Shown piece after piece: positions 49,334 through 61,064 of a DNA stretch of 64,000 nucleotides (positions within the stretch are counted from its first letter, which is position 1; the number at the start of each line of letters is the position of its first letter). The translations under genes were made by a program, and so were the position numbers. The notes under the pieces were generated by a model. It ran no database searches and was not told where the DNA came from. It worked only from the letters and a program-made list of their open reading frames with translations. The stretch comes from Promethearchaeota archaeon (GTDB lineage Archaea > Asgardarchaeota > Lokiarchaeia > Sigyniarchaeales > SOKP01): assembly GCA_016840085.1 (NCBI GenBank), contig JAEOTA010000043.1:1-64000 (forward strand), in the 5' to 3' direction.

Positions 49334-50110
49334 CTATACTATTTTAGCATATAATTCTTTAGCTGTTTGATATGCTTCACTATCTTTTGGGAGTTGTAAA
49401 AGATTTTCTCCAATTAAATTCATTTTACTGATTTCTTCGCTGTTTGATATAAACCCAAGGAGTTTTACATAATTTTTCTTAATACTAGCGACATCCTTTT
49501 CCAAAATGTCATGTAAATTGTCTGGAAAGCGATTTCCGAGTATCCAGATATTTTCAAACCGTAGATCAACTTCCTCTGATACTTCTAATATGCGTGTCAT
49601 GGTATGGATGCCCATTTTAGATGGATCACTTACAATTACTAAATCAGTAACATTGCGACCAGTTTTTCGGGAAAAAAATTCTAGCCCCGCGGGAGCATCA
49701 ATGAGCACAATCTCATAGTTTTTCGCTAATACGTCAATGATACGTTTCAAATAATTATTAATGCTACAATAGCATCCCTCTCCTTCTCCTCGACCCATCT
49801 CTAAAAGATCAAAAGCATCCATTTCAATTAGGGCATCAAAAACCTCGGATTCGACGATTTGATCCTTAGATACATCAAGAGGTATTTGCCTTTTTTGGAT
49901 TTTATGTTTAAACTCAGCCATTTTTCCCCCGATTGTTTCCTTAAAATGGATTTCTTTTCCGATAAGATCTGCAATATTTGCGTCGGGATCGGCATCAATT
50001 ATGAGGATGTTTATTTTTTTATATTTTTCAAGAAGATATTTGAGCATTAAGACGAGGAGCGTAGATTTTCCAACCCCGCCCTTTCCTGAAAATGAGATAA
50101 TTTTTCGCAT
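49334..50110 (-). CDS. cooC: CooC/AcsF-type nickel-insertion ATPase
   Basis: SGKGGVGKST, DADPD, GEGCYC and AGLE motifs. Confidence 0.85.
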   Translation of the reverse strand: MRKIISFSGKGGVGKSTLLVLMLKYLLEKYKKINILIIDADPDANIADLIGKEIHFKETIGGKMAEFKHKIQKRQIPLDVSKDQIVESEVFDALIEMDAFDLLEMGRGEGEGCYCSINNYLKRIIDVLAKNYEIVLIDAPAGLEFFSRKTGRNVTDLVIVSDPSKMGIHTMTRILEVSEEVDLRFENIWILGNRFPDNLHDILEKDVASIKKNYVKLLGFISNSEEISKMNLIGENLLQLPKDSEAYQTAKELYAKIV

Positions 50111-50312
50111 TTTTTCTTTATCTTATTATTGCTCCTGTTTGGTTAAAATAATTCTATGTTAGAAAAAAAGTTTATTTCATTTAAGGTTTGATTTTATAAG
50201 ATATTATTTGATAATGGATTTATCTTTCATAACAAATCTGCAGAAACTCTATTAACTCTTATTTATAAATTCTGATTAACACTTAAAAAACATTCGCGAA
50301 AATACTATGATA

Positions 50313-50996
50313 TTAAAGATAATCATTGATCTTTTTATTTCGAGTTAAATTACGTTTTTCTACATAACGTTTTTCTATCCCATTTCTCATTCCAGGTAAT
50401 TCATAACACTTGTCAGGGATGATACTTTTAAAGAAACGTGGATTTTCACGCTCAATAATATTTTGAGATTCATAAAGCGTTTCGAAAATTTCCTCACCAG
50501 AAAATTGGATGTCATCAAAATATGGTATAATTGGGCGTTTCTTACTTATCTCATCCACAACTTCATTGAGAGGTAATATAAACTCCTGAATAGTTCCTGC
50601 CTCATTAATTATACTCGTTTTATGAATATGCTCATTGTATAAGCAGACTACACATTGAGGCCATCGTTCGTGAAAATAATTTAAGACAAGATCCATTACT
50701 CGATGTTTAAGTAATGCCAACCCAAATAAAACACCACGATTATTTATTTCTGTTCGTGTAAATTGCTTTGCTCGATAAGCTTCAGTAAATACTTCTCGCA
50801 TCATTTGGATGAATTTCTTAGCTATTGGAGTACCTGAATTGCGTAGGATTACGTCTGATAATTTGTTTATCTGATTTATATAATTGGGTGAATATTTAGA
50901 ATGACGTGGGAGATTTTCTATAAATTCCTTTCGTGTATATCCTTTCGCACGACCAATGACTTTTAAAGGATCTTGGCAAGTTCCCCTCTTCTTCAT
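50313..50996 (-). CDS. DUF4130/TIGR03915-like partner of a DNA-repair radical SAM enzyme
   Basis: EAYRAKQFTR...H......YFHERW...YESQNIIERENP; overlaps the radical SAM stop codon. Confidence 0.7.
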   Translation of the reverse strand: MKKRGTCQDPLKVIGRAKGYTRKEFIENLPRHSKYSPNYINQINKLSDVILRNSGTPIAKKFIQMMREVFTEAYRAKQFTRTEINNRGVLFGLALLKHRVMDLVLNYFHERWPQCVVCLYNEHIHKTSIINEAGTIQEFILPLNEVVDEISKKRPIIPYFDDIQFSGEEIFETLYESQNIIERENPRFFKSIIPDKCYELPGMRNGIEKRYVEKRNLTRNKKINDYL

Positions 50997-52321
50997 TGAA
51001 TCTCCTCATAAAGAATTTTATTATTATCAGAATTCAAAAACTTGCATAGGGTTGTTTGAGTCCGACCATTAATTTTGAGAAAAGGATCTGCTCTTTTTAG
51101 TACCACACCAATAGATTTTAAGTCTTCTCGACGTTTAAATATGAATTTTTGAGTTCTTAAATTTATTATCCGTTTAGCTGAAATGGGACCTATCCCTGGA
51201 ACTCGTATCAACTCTTGGTAAGATGCATTATTAGGATCTACAAGATTATGATCTTTAAAATAGTATCTTGCTAAGTGGACTTTTGGATCTCCTTCAGGTA
51301 AGTTATCATCCTCTGTTAAAACTTCTTTTAAATCTTTTAATTTAAAATGATATATACGTAATAACCAATCACTTTGATATAACTGATGTTCTCTTGCTAG
51401 TGAGGTTGCTTGCTTACCTGCTAATGGAGTGCCCTCGATTGGGATGAAAGAAGAAAAATAAGCACGCCTTAGATCAATTTCCCGATATCCCCAGTCGATC
51501 CTTTTAAGTAGTTCATAATCGCTTTCATTTTCTGCAGCTCCTACGACAAACTGGGTTGTTTGACCACTATTAAGAATTGGTGCACTATCCCATCGAAATT
51601 TTTTGTAACCATCTGCTCGTCGATCCTTAATCATTCTTTCTTGAAATTTCAGTTGACAGTCTTTTTTCAAATCTCTTATGACCTTAAGGGTTTCCTCATT
51701 ATGTCTAATACGAATCTGTTTTAACCAGCGCTGTCTTGTTATAATATCATTATTAAAATCTTTCTGATCTGCAATTTCCGCGAGATGATCTTTAGTTGAG
51801 GCTTCTGTATTAATTGATATTCTATCGGAAAGAGATATCGCTTCTTTAAGGAGATACTGACTTACTCCAGGTAGGCATTTAAAATGCACATATCCTTGAA
51901 AGTTATATTTGAATCGAAGGAGTTTAACCGCTTCCAACATTTCTTCAGTTGTTCTATCAGCACTGCCGCATACCCCTGATGAAATAAATAACCCTTCAAC
52001 AACATTCATCGAGTAAAGTTTCATAAATGTGCGAGCATATTCTTCTGGTGTAAAGCTCATCTTCTTCTTACAACTATGAGAAAAACAATATTTACAATTG
52101 TAGATACATTTATTAGTATACAGAGTTTTAAAAAGACTCATACATCGACCATCAGGAGTATAGCTATGGCAAATCCCAGCACTTGCTGTAGCTCCAATCC
52201 ATTTCTTTGAATCTCCAAAAAGTTTTGGATATTTATCGGTACGACTGGAAGCAGTACTGGCACAAATATCATATTTAGAATTTTCTCCTAATACTCGAAT
52301 CTTTTCTAAAGTAGATGGCAC
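50993..52321 (-). CDS. Putative DNA modification/repair radical SAM protein (TIGR03916-like)
   Basis: GICHSYTPDGRC, CIYNCKYC, REHQLYQSDWLLR and C-terminal HhH (RVPGIG). Confidence 0.9.
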   Translation of the reverse strand: MPSTLEKIRVLGENSKYDICASTASSRTDKYPKLFGDSKKWIGATASAGICHSYTPDGRCMSLFKTLYTNKCIYNCKYCFSHSCKKKMSFTPEEYARTFMKLYSMNVVEGLFISSGVCGSADRTTEEMLEAVKLLRFKYNFQGYVHFKCLPGVSQYLLKEAISLSDRISINTEASTKDHLAEIADQKDFNNDIITRQRWLKQIRIRHNEETLKVIRDLKKDCQLKFQERMIKDRRADGYKKFRWDSAPILNSGQTTQFVVGAAENESDYELLKRIDWGYREIDLRRAYFSSFIPIEGTPLAGKQATSLAREHQLYQSDWLLRIYHFKLKDLKEVLTEDDNLPEGDPKVHLARYYFKDHNLVDPNNASYQELIRVPGIGPISAKRIINLRTQKFIFKRREDLKSIGVVLKRADPFLKINGRTQTTLCKFLNSDNNKILYEEIQ

Positions 52322-52530
52322 GTTATCTCTCAGCTTCGTAGAATAATATACTTGAATATTCCATATAAGTTTAAATCTTGATATTTACCTTATAAAAAGA
52401 GGGGGCATAGTGAATTTTAAAAAAAATTTAACTAATAAATCTCAATATTATCTTGAGAAATAAAAATTAAAGTTTTAATTTATTCTCTCATAAGTATCTA
52501 ATAATTTCCTTAAAATAAATAGCAAAGTAA

Positions 52531-54357
52531 TTGATTAATATGGTTAAATATACTGGCGGTGAAATAATCGCCAAATACCTAATTAAAGAAGGTGTAAAAT
52601 ATGTCATTGGTATTCCAGGACATGGAAATCTAGCATTAACTGATGCTTTTTACAGAAATAAGGATAAATTGCAATTAATTCAACCTAAACAAGAAATGGC
52701 AGGTGTACATCTTGCAGTAGGATATTATAGAATTACAGGAAAACCTCTTGTTGTATTTACTTCAATTGGACCAGGTGCAATGAATACAGCAATAGGATTG
52801 GCAGATGCTTACGTAGATAGCTTCCCTGTTCTATGCTTGACTGGGACTACTCACACACATATGCGTGGGAAAGGAGTTCTTCAAGAAATTGAAAGAAAAA
52901 GAGATTCTGATATGTTAAGGGTGCTAGAACCAATAGTAAAACGTAGTTGGCAAGTTAGTGAAGTTTCTCAATTACCCTCAATATTACAGAGAGCATTTAA
53001 TCAAATGACGACAGGGCGACGTGGATCAGTACATATCGATCTTCCCATGAATGTGCAAGCAGATGGTATTGACATCGAAATACCAGAACCCTTTGAAAGA
53101 AGAGCATCTGGACGAATTTTGGGCGATCCTGAATTAATTCAAAAAGTTGCAGGGTTATTAAAAAATTCTAAAAGACCTCTTTTACTTTTAGGAGGAGGTG
53201 TTGTTATATCTGAAGCTTTTGAAGAAGTCAAGAATTTAGCCGAAAAACTAGGTGCCGGGGTAGTTGTCACAATGATGGGAAAAGATGCCTTTCCAAATGA
53301 TCACCCTCTTTTCTGTTGGAGTACTGGAAGCAAAGGCACTACTATAGGTTTGAAGATGACTTCTACTGCTGATATTATTATTGCTATTGGCTGTAGGTTT
53401 GCTGATCAAACAGCAAGTTCTTATAAAGATGGTGTAAGTTTTTCCATTCCGCCAACAAAACTCATTCAAATTGATATCGATCCACATGAAATAGGTAAGA
53501 ATTATCCTGTCGAAGTTGGCATTATTGGAGACGCTAAAGCATGCCTTCAACAAATTATTGAGGAATTGGGTGAATATTCAAAAGACTATAAAAATGCTGA
53601 ATATTTCAAGGAAATTCAAGAAGAAAAGAAGAAATGGTTTGAATTCCTTGATAAACATAGAGATAATACGAAAGTTCCAGTAATGATTTCAACAGTATTA
53701 AAAGAAATAAGGAAATTTTTCGATAGGGATGCGGTGATAATTACTAGTTCTGGTAATGTTCAAGCACAAATGATTCAGGAACTTGAATTCTATGAACCAA
53801 AAACCTGTTTAACGGCGGGCGGTTTTTCTACTATGGGATATAGCGTTCCTGCTGCGATAGGAGCCAAATTGGGTTCAATTGATATAGGAAAGCCAGATAG
53901 GCAAGTTGTTGCTTTAGTAGGGGATGGAGATTTTATGATGACCATTTCTGAGCTTTCAGTTGCTGTACAATTAGGGTTAACAAATATTTTCTTTATAGTA
54001 ATCAATAACTACGGATGGATTGCTATTAAAGACCTTCAGCAATCAGCATTTGGAGAAGATCGAGGATATGGTACCGCATTTTATGATAAAGAAGGGAATC
54101 CTTATTCACCTGATTTTGCAAAAATCGCTGAAGGTTTTGGTTGTTATTCTGAGAGAATTTCGAAAAAAGAAGAGATTCTTCCAAGCTTAAAAAGAGCTGC
54201 TGAGTCAGGAAAACCAGCAGTCATAGAACTTGAAGTTCAAAGGAATTTTCCTTATACTGGTTCACCTGCTGTTGGCTGGTGGGATGTACCCATTCCAACT
54301 TATCTAGTAGAGCGAAGAAAAAAATACGAAGAGGAAATTAAAGAAGAAAAGTTATAA
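52531..54357 (+). CDS. ThDP-dependent enzyme, acetolactate synthase-like
   Basis: GIPG, SIGPG, MGYSVPAAIGA and GDGD...NN motifs. Confidence 0.88.
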   Translation: MINMVKYTGGEIIAKYLIKEGVKYVIGIPGHGNLALTDAFYRNKDKLQLIQPKQEMAGVHLAVGYYRITGKPLVVFTSIGPGAMNTAIGLADAYVDSFPVLCLTGTTHTHMRGKGVLQEIERKRDSDMLRVLEPIVKRSWQVSEVSQLPSILQRAFNQMTTGRRGSVHIDLPMNVQADGIDIEIPEPFERRASGRILGDPELIQKVAGLLKNSKRPLLLLGGGVVISEAFEEVKNLAEKLGAGVVVTMMGKDAFPNDHPLFCWSTGSKGTTIGLKMTSTADIIIAIGCRFADQTASSYKDGVSFSIPPTKLIQIDIDPHEIGKNYPVEVGIIGDAKACLQQIIEELGEYSKDYKNAEYFKEIQEEKKKWFEFLDKHRDNTKVPVMISTVLKEIRKFFDRDAVIITSSGNVQAQMIQELEFYEPKTCLTAGGFSTMGYSVPAAIGAKLGSIDIGKPDRQVVALVGDGDFMMTISELSVAVQLGLTNIFFIVINNYGWIAIKDLQQSAFGEDRGYGTAFYDKEGNPYSPDFAKIAEGFGCYSERISKKEEILPSLKRAAESGKPAVIELEVQRNFPYTGSPAVGWWDVPIPTYLVERRKKYEEEIKEEKL

Positions 54358-54374
54358 TTTTTTTTATTTGCTTC

Positions 54375-54587
54375 TTATAATTCTTCTGTCAAATACTGGT
54401 TCTTGAATTTTTCAGAAGCGGGTTCTCCTCCGATTCCCCAATGAGTCCTTGGAATTTCATGGACAATTACTTCTACTGCTTGCTGAGGGACATTCAAATC
54501 TATGAATACTTTAGTAATGTTTTCAATTAACGTTTTCACTCTTTCTTCCCCGAAACCTTTCCAAACATTTACATGAACAATTGGCAT
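54375..54587 (-). CDS. 4-oxalocrotonate tautomerase family protein
   Basis: MPIVHV start (catalytic Pro1) and WGIGG motif. Confidence 0.88.
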   Translation of the reverse strand: MPIVHVNVWKGFGEERVKTLIENITKVFIDLNVPQQAVEVIVHEIPRTHWGIGGEPASEKFKNQYLTEEL

Positions 54588-54730
54588 TCTTATCAATTAA
54601 TTTTAATATTAATTAATTTAATTTGTCTATAAAAAATATACTAAATTTTTTCACTTTTTAATTTTACTTCTGGTTTTATTTCTAATATTTGATATCTTAA
54701 TTAATATGCTTAGTATATTTTGTATCTTTT

Positions 54731-55633
54731 TTAACTAGTTAAACGATTGACTATAAAATTTTTAAAAGCTTGGAGATCTTTCCAACTTCTTGCACATCTT
54801 ATATTATTTCCCTTTTTACTTATTTTAGTAAAACCAGTTTCAGTAACTTCTAATTTCAAATCATCTATATTAAGCAATTCTTCAGAAAAAGCAAGATATA
54901 TTGCAACTGTGTCAAATAAAATTGAGGTTTTTTGTTCTTTACTTATTAAACTCCCAAGTCCTGTTTTTTCAACCCATAATTCAAAACATTCTTTTATTGC
55001 ATCTACAACGGGATTATTACATTTCATGAATTGCTTATAATTTTCACCCGATAATACGATATTTCCACATGTATCTAAAGGTGTTATTGTTTTTTCCCAA
55101 GGAGCTTGAAAAACCTTTCTACAAGCAATGACATCGCTAAAGACATTGTATTCTGCCGTAGGTGTAGGATTTTCTTTATATCCAATAAAAATACTACCCT
55201 GCATTCCTATAAAAAACGCATTCTCAGTAATTTTACTGTTAAATTCAATTGCTTCTGCGATATTTCCTAATGGTCCAATAGCAATGAGTGTTATAGGGTT
55301 ATAAGATTCTATTATCGTAGAACAAAGTGCTTCAATCCCATTTTCGTAAATAATTCCGGGATAGTTTGATAAATCATAGTCCTTTACCCAATTATATAAT
55401 AATCCTTTATTACTATTGCTTTGAGGTCCAATTCCTATGGGAATGTCAGTGCGATTTGCACGTTCAAGAAATTTAGCAACTAACTTAGCCTTAATATGAG
55501 TATCTTGGGCAACTGTTGTTATTAATTTAACATCTAGTTCTGAACATTTCAATAATAAACCAAGAGCCCATGTATCATCGATATCTATACCTATATCAGT
55601 ATCCAGAATAACTGGAATTTTTTTAAAATTCAA
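54731..55633 (-). CDS. Nucleoside hydrolase (IU-NH family)
   Basis: ILDTDIGIDIDD, IGPLGN, AEYN and PLD motifs. Confidence 0.88.
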   Translation of the reverse strand: MNFKKIPVILDTDIGIDIDDTWALGLLLKCSELDVKLITTVAQDTHIKAKLVAKFLERANRTDIPIGIGPQSNSNKGLLYNWVKDYDLSNYPGIIYENGIEALCSTIIESYNPITLIAIGPLGNIAEAIEFNSKITENAFFIGMQGSIFIGYKENPTPTAEYNVFSDVIACRKVFQAPWEKTITPLDTCGNIVLSGENYKQFMKCNNPVVDAIKECFELWVEKTGLGSLISKEQKTSILFDTVAIYLAFSEELLNIDDLKLEVTETGFTKISKKGNNIRCARSWKDLQAFKNFIVNRLTS

Positions 55634-55664
55634 TTTCTAAAAGAGTGTTTTTAATTCTATACCA

Positions 55665-56504
55665 TTATACGTTTATAAAATCTAAAAAGACATCAATTAA
55701 ACTTTGAAGAACTAAAGCTTTGGCGATATCTCCCTGTATAATTATTTTTCCTGCCATGAAAGCAGATACAGGATCACCATTAAGTAATACTTCTGTAGAA
55801 GTTTCAAGACTCATTTCTAATATTAAATTAGGATTGGGAACTGTTTTTTTAGTCCATTCCATTCTATTGTCAACAATGCGGATTAAATAATTATCAAGGT
55901 CAGTAATTTTCATTTGAATTATTAAATCTTCTTCTGAAATTACTTCTTTAGCTTCAGGATTATTATTGACAAAAGCAGTTAAGACTTCCAAGAAAAGAGG
56001 TACTTGGGAGGGTTCAACGGACGATCCTTTAAAATACACATTTATAAGACTTTTCATTGAACTTGCATCAATTAAAATTCTTTCCTCTCGATTATCTATA
56101 ATATCTAATAATTTAAAAGCTAATTCTAAGATTTCAACAAATAAAACAACCTTAGATAAATCACCTTTAATTGTAAAGAGTTCTGAGAAATAGGCTTCTA
56201 ACGGATCCAAATGACCAAGTAATAATTTAGAAATAGTCCTTAGATCTGAGATTATAATAAAATCAGGGGATTTTAAACTTCCCTCGTTAAATTTAGCATT
56301 TTTATTTTCTATGACAAGGTGATAAGGTTCAGCATCTTCAATTTTCACTTGCAAAGTTAGTTTATAACCTTCAATAAGTTTCTGAGCTTCTGGATTTGTA
56401 TTGATAAAATCACAGATTACTTGAAATACAATAGGAATATCTTCAATACTAGCAGCTTCAACACCTTTTTGTCTAATTTCAAATAATCTTTCTAAATTTT
56501 TCAT
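55665..56504 (-). CDS. Tandem SCP2 sterol/lipid-binding domain protein
   Basis: Two repeats ending DP..A.....I.GD..K. Confidence 0.85.
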   Translation of the reverse strand: MKNLERLFEIRQKGVEAASIEDIPIVFQVICDFINTNPEAQKLIEGYKLTLQVKIEDAEPYHLVIENKNAKFNEGSLKSPDFIIISDLRTISKLLLGHLDPLEAYFSELFTIKGDLSKVVLFVEILELAFKLLDIIDNREERILIDASSMKSLINVYFKGSSVEPSQVPLFLEVLTAFVNNNPEAKEVISEEDLIIQMKITDLDNYLIRIVDNRMEWTKKTVPNPNLILEMSLETSTEVLLNGDPVSAFMAGKIIIQGDIAKALVLQSLIDVFLDFINV

Positions 56505-56525
56505 TTTAGGTCATGTTCAAGTTTT

Positions 56526-58064
56526 TTAATTAAGTATATTAATTGGTTTATTTTTATAAATAGAGTATGTTCCATCTAATTTTTTTTTTAGATTCGAAGG
56601 AAAATTAAATCTATTTGAATATAGGGTATAAATCAAATCATCAATTTCTTTTTGAAAATCTATGTAATCATAATTTTGGTTGGTTCGTTTTCCTTTAATA
56701 ATCTCATTGACTAATTTTTCAACTTTAATTTTTGTTTCAATATTAGGTAGAATAAAAGGCAAAGCTTGAATCCCTGTGATTTGAATACTATTCGTATTAT
56801 TAATAATTCCTTTAGCAAGGTAATTATATAAAGAGCTATTCAACAATCCTAACATAAAAAGAATTGAAATTGATTTATTTTTAACTATAAAACCGATTGC
56901 TTTATTAGAATCCCAGAAACATCCTTTTGGCATATATCGTGCTGCTAATTTTGAACTTACGCCACTAATAACTATTCCCTCCTTTTCAAATGGGACGTTT
57001 TTAGGAATATCGTAATTTTTTCTTGAATTCTTATTCCAATCCAGTGCTTCCATTATTGGTCTATAATATTGATCTGCTCCCCCTTGCTTCAAATATGGTA
57101 TCCATTCTTCTGATTCTAAATCCTCTCTTTTAATAATTTTATACTTTCTGTTTAAATCTGATATATTAGTATTTCTTTTGTTAAATATCTCAGCTAATTT
57201 AGTACCCTTAACAGCTGCTATATATTTTTTATTATCGTGTGTATGCATTCCGATAAACCCTTGTATATAATCCTCTAATCTTGGTGCTTCTTCAAATAGT
57301 TTGATCACTTGTTCTTCAACATCAATATAAAATATATTAAAAGGTAAGGAATTATACTTTAGTTGCTTAATTTTATTAACAATCTTATGAGCTGGATAAT
57401 CATCTTCACTGTTAATCCTGGTTATAACCTTTATTACATTATTTTCTCTGATATTCTTATTTTTTTGACCTGAAAATTTTGTTAAGATAATAATTACTGG
57501 ATTTGTACTAACTTTTTGTTTTGAGAATAAGTTCTTTGGTGCTAAAAGAATCTCATTGATTATACAATTTCTAAGAATGAATTTCCTTAATTTTCTATGG
57601 GTACTCAGCGTTAAAAATGAATCGCTAGTGATAAAACCTAATCTACCTCCCTCTTTCAATCTCCAGATGCTATTTACGATGAACATCGCGTAAGTTTCAT
57701 GAGCATTAATTTTGCCATAAATACTTCTTAATTTTAATCTATTTTTTCTTACATAGGAACTAGCTTTATTTAAATAAGGAGGATTTCCAACAATAAAATC
57801 AAATTCGTTATAAGAATCTGGATATAAAGATAAGAGCGTGTCCTGTAATTTAAAAGAAACACCTAACATTTCTATATCGTGTTTAAAGCTAGGATTTATA
57901 TCATAAGTAATTATTTGATTCTTATCAATTCCACATTCTAGTAATTTTTTTACAAAAATACCTGGACCTACGCAGGGATCCAAAATTTTTTGCCCTTCTT
58001 TAATTAGTCCTAATCTAGAAATAATGTATTCTGCTGTTTTAGGAGGTGTTATAACTATTCCCAA
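56526..58064 (-). CDS. N6-adenine DNA methyltransferase (TaqI-like gamma class)
   Basis: LDPCVGPG motif I, VGNPPY motif IV, C-terminal LGLLNS target-recognition region. Confidence 0.88.
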   Translation of the reverse strand: MGIVITPPKTAEYIISRLGLIKEGQKILDPCVGPGIFVKKLLECGIDKNQIITYDINPSFKHDIEMLGVSFKLQDTLLSLYPDSYNEFDFIVGNPPYLNKASSYVRKNRLKLRSIYGKINAHETYAMFIVNSIWRLKEGGRLGFITSDSFLTLSTHRKLRKFILRNCIINEILLAPKNLFSKQKVSTNPVIIILTKFSGQKNKNIRENNVIKVITRINSEDDYPAHKIVNKIKQLKYNSLPFNIFYIDVEEQVIKLFEEAPRLEDYIQGFIGMHTHDNKKYIAAVKGTKLAEIFNKRNTNISDLNRKYKIIKREDLESEEWIPYLKQGGADQYYRPIMEALDWNKNSRKNYDIPKNVPFEKEGIVISGVSSKLAARYMPKGCFWDSNKAIGFIVKNKSISILFMLGLLNSSLYNYLAKGIINNTNSIQITGIQALPFILPNIETKIKVEKLVNEIIKGKRTNQNYDYIDFQKEIDDLIYTLYSNRFNFPSNLKKKLDGTYSIYKNKPINILN

Positions 58065-58118
58065 ATTTTTATTATTGAATTCGATTACTAATCAACACTT
58101 TTAAATTATTTTAACTAT

Positions 58119-59294
58119 TCAGGAATCAATTTCAGCTAATAAAATTGTATAAAATTGACAGATTTTTTTTAAAACTAACGGATCTATTTTATCAATATTA
58201 TCATTGATGGAATGTATATAATTATACGAAGTTTTATCTCCATTGCCAAGTCCATGGAACTTCTTACTCATTAGAAATAATCCATCACTATATGTCCCTA
58301 TATAAATTCTCTTTGCATTTTCTAAGCTCATCAGATCCCTATTTTCTAAAATAAAATTCATTGATTTAAAATTATTATTATTAATGAGACCATGATTATA
58401 TAAGATAACCTTCTTTGCAATTGAATCAAAATTGATAGTAAACGTCCTTTCTCTATCAAAATCCTTAATATTTTTGTAAAAATTCCTAACTCCCATTGTT
58501 CCAGATTCTTCTGCTCCTGTGAATACAAACCATAAATTAATATTTTTTAGTCTATTATTCGGATTTGAATAGTAATTTAGCAATTCCATAACAATTGATA
58601 TTCCAGACGCATTATCTATTGCTCCTTTAGATTTATTATTCGTTGTATTTAAAACGATAAATAATGTGGCTAATCCGTTAATACTTAAAACCAAAATACC
58701 AACAATCTGAAGTATCAAAATTGAGTTTAGAAGGTAGTATGAATTTATGATATTAATAAATAAACCAACAATGAAGCTAAAAATCCATAAATAATAAAAT
58801 AAAATACGAAATTTCACAGATAATAATTGTCCTTTTGAGTCTAAATGCGAAAAAAGAAGAATATTTTTATTCCAATCTGTTCCTCCATTTTTTTCTTCAT
58901 AATTTATGTTTTTCTGCCCAGATTTTGAAGGTATGGTTACAAAAATATTTTGAGAATGTAATTTTCTTCCTAATTTAATCTCTTCTGGATTCCTTGTAAT
59001 TATAATTAGAATAAAAAGCAAGAAAAAAACTAGAAAGATATTTGTATAAGTAAAGATAATTTGGATGTTTGAAAATAGAATTAAATGAAGCCAAAATAAT
59101 AGAGTTAAGGATATTTTTGGATAAATTCTTGAATAGAATATACTAAAAGAGAATTCTTGAATGGTTGGAGTAAGATTTAAACCTTCTATCTTTTTCTTGG
59201 CAAGATTGAAACTATTTCTCTCTAAATATGTACCTGATAATCTTGGAAAAGAAAATTCCTCAAGATTTTCTAAAATATGGTTCTCATCGATCAT
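58119..59294 (-). CDS. Membrane-embedded M28 family peptidase (paralog of 42332-43621)
   Basis: SHLDS, GAIDNASG, GAEESG and NFDS motifs. Confidence 0.85.
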   Translation of the reverse strand: MIDENHILENLEEFSFPRLSGTYLERNSFNLAKKKIEGLNLTPTIQEFSFSIFYSRIYPKISLTLLFWLHLILFSNIQIIFTYTNIFLVFFLLFILIIITRNPEEIKLGRKLHSQNIFVTIPSKSGQKNINYEEKNGGTDWNKNILLFSHLDSKGQLLSVKFRILFYYLWIFSFIVGLFINIINSYYLLNSILILQIVGILVLSINGLATLFIVLNTTNNKSKGAIDNASGISIVMELLNYYSNPNNRLKNINLWFVFTGAEESGTMGVRNFYKNIKDFDRERTFTINFDSIAKKVILYNHGLINNNNFKSMNFILENRDLMSLENAKRIYIGTYSDGLFLMSKKFHGLGNGDKTSYNYIHSINDNIDKIDPLVLKKICQFYTILLAEIDS

Positions 59295-59314
59295 AATGCA
59301 TTATTTTGCTTAAT

Positions 59315-60982
59315 TTAATTTAAATAAGCGCCCACTTTTGCAGAAGCTACACTTTTCCTATAAAGATTTAAATAACCTGTTTTAATCTTTGGTTCTGGTT
59401 TTTTCCATTCAGTTAATCTTTTTTCTATTTCTTCTTTTGTGACTAATAGATTCAATTTACGATTATCAATATCAATTTCTATATCATCTCCATCTTCAAC
59501 AATAGCAATAGGACCTCCTTCAAATGCTTCAGGACACACATGTCCAATGCAGGGCCCTCTTGTAGCTCCGGAATATCTTCCATCAGTTATCATCGCTACT
59601 GAATCCCCTAGTCCCATACCCATTAAAATTGCTGCGGGAAGTGATAATTCTCTCATTCCAGGTGATCCTTTTGGACCTTCATATCTTATTACCAAAACAT
59701 CTCCTTCCTTTATAAAACCTTGAATTAAAGCATCTTTAATATCCTCTTCACTCTCAAACACTTTAGCAGAACCTTTATGATATCTCATTTTTGAACTTAC
59801 AGCACTCTGTTTTATAATTGCGCCCTCAGGTGCTAAATTCCCCGTCAAAATAGCAATTGCTCCTTCTTTCGCTATGGGATCTTCAAAATTACGAATTATT
59901 TGATAATCTTTAAATTCAATAGAGTTTAAGTAATCTTTCAATGTTAAACCTAAAACAGTTTTAGTAGATAAATCTAAAATACGAGATAATTTTTTCATTA
60001 GAACACCAACACCTCCAGCTTCGTGAAATTCAGTTAAGTTATATTCTGAAGCTGGTTTGAATTTTGCTAATAATGGAACAGATTTGCTGAGATTGTCAAA
60101 ATTAAAATGATTTAAGGATCCCCCAATCTCATGAGATAAAGCACACATATGTAATATCATATTTGTAGAGCCGCCAAAGGATAAAGCTACTTTGATAGAA
60201 TTTTCAATTGAATTATGTGTAATAATATCCAATGCTCTCACGTTGTTTTTAACCAAATTCATTATTATTTGACCAGTTTGTTTGCATAGTCCTTCTCTTT
60301 CAGTACCAATAGCGCTCATTGTAGCACACTTTGGTAAAGAAAGTCCCATTGCCTCAACAATACAAGCCATTGTGTTTGCAGTACCCATCATATTACAAGC
60401 TCCAGGAGAACAACATGTTTGAGATTCAATTAGAAAAAAATCCTCTTTACTTATTTTTCCAGCTTTATATTCTCCAATTGCTTCTTTAATGTCACTTGCA
60501 ACATAAGTTCTTCCTTTTAATGGACCATCTTTAAAATGCTTTGGCTCCATAATTCCTCCTGTAAGGAAGATTGTTGCGATATTACACCTTGCAGCTGCTA
60601 AAAGCATACCAGGTATTATCTTATCACAAGAGCACAGCATAACCATACCATCAAAATTGTAAGCTTTTATTGTACTTTCGATCGATGATGCAATGATCTC
60701 TCGAGATGGTAAAACATATTTAGAGAAATTTCCCGAATTAGCAATCCCATCGCATATCGCAATTGTGTTAAATTCCATAGGTGTTCCTCCCCTATTTCTA
60801 ATTTCTGCTTTAACGATATTAGCTAATTTTTTTAAATGAATATGTCCTGGATTAATCTCATTCCATGAATTCACAATAGCAATCTTAGGTTTTTGTAAAT
60901 CCTCATATGAAAATCCGCAAGCCCGATATAAAGCTCTTTCATAAGCTTTTATAGGATCCAATTCTTCTTTCTGAATTGACAT
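59315..60982 (-). CDS. ilvD: Dihydroxy-acid dehydratase
   Basis: [27 protein letters not shown] and TDGRYSGA motifs. Confidence 0.95.
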   Translation of the reverse strand: MSIQKEELDPIKAYERALYRACGFSYEDLQKPKIAIVNSWNEINPGHIHLKKLANIVKAEIRNRGGTPMEFNTIAICDGIANSGNFSKYVLPSREIIASSIESTIKAYNFDGMVMLCSCDKIIPGMLLAAARCNIATIFLTGGIMEPKHFKDGPLKGRTYVASDIKEAIGEYKAGKISKEDFFLIESQTCCSPGACNMMGTANTMACIVEAMGLSLPKCATMSAIGTEREGLCKQTGQIIMNLVKNNVRALDIITHNSIENSIKVALSFGGSTNMILHMCALSHEIGGSLNHFNFDNLSKSVPLLAKFKPASEYNLTEFHEAGGVGVLMKKLSRILDLSTKTVLGLTLKDYLNSIEFKDYQIIRNFEDPIAKEGAIAILTGNLAPEGAIIKQSAVSSKMRYHKGSAKVFESEEDIKDALIQGFIKEGDVLVIRYEGPKGSPGMRELSLPAAILMGMGLGDSVAMITDGRYSGATRGPCIGHVCPEAFEGGPIAIVEDGDDIEIDIDNRKLNLLVTKEEIEKRLTEWKKPEPKIKTGYLNLYRKSVASAKVGAYLN

Positions 60983-61064
60983 GATTAATTATTCTACAAA
61001 TAGAGATTATATAAAATTAATGAATAAAAAGAAATTTTAAGATTCCAATACAAGTTTTAAAATC

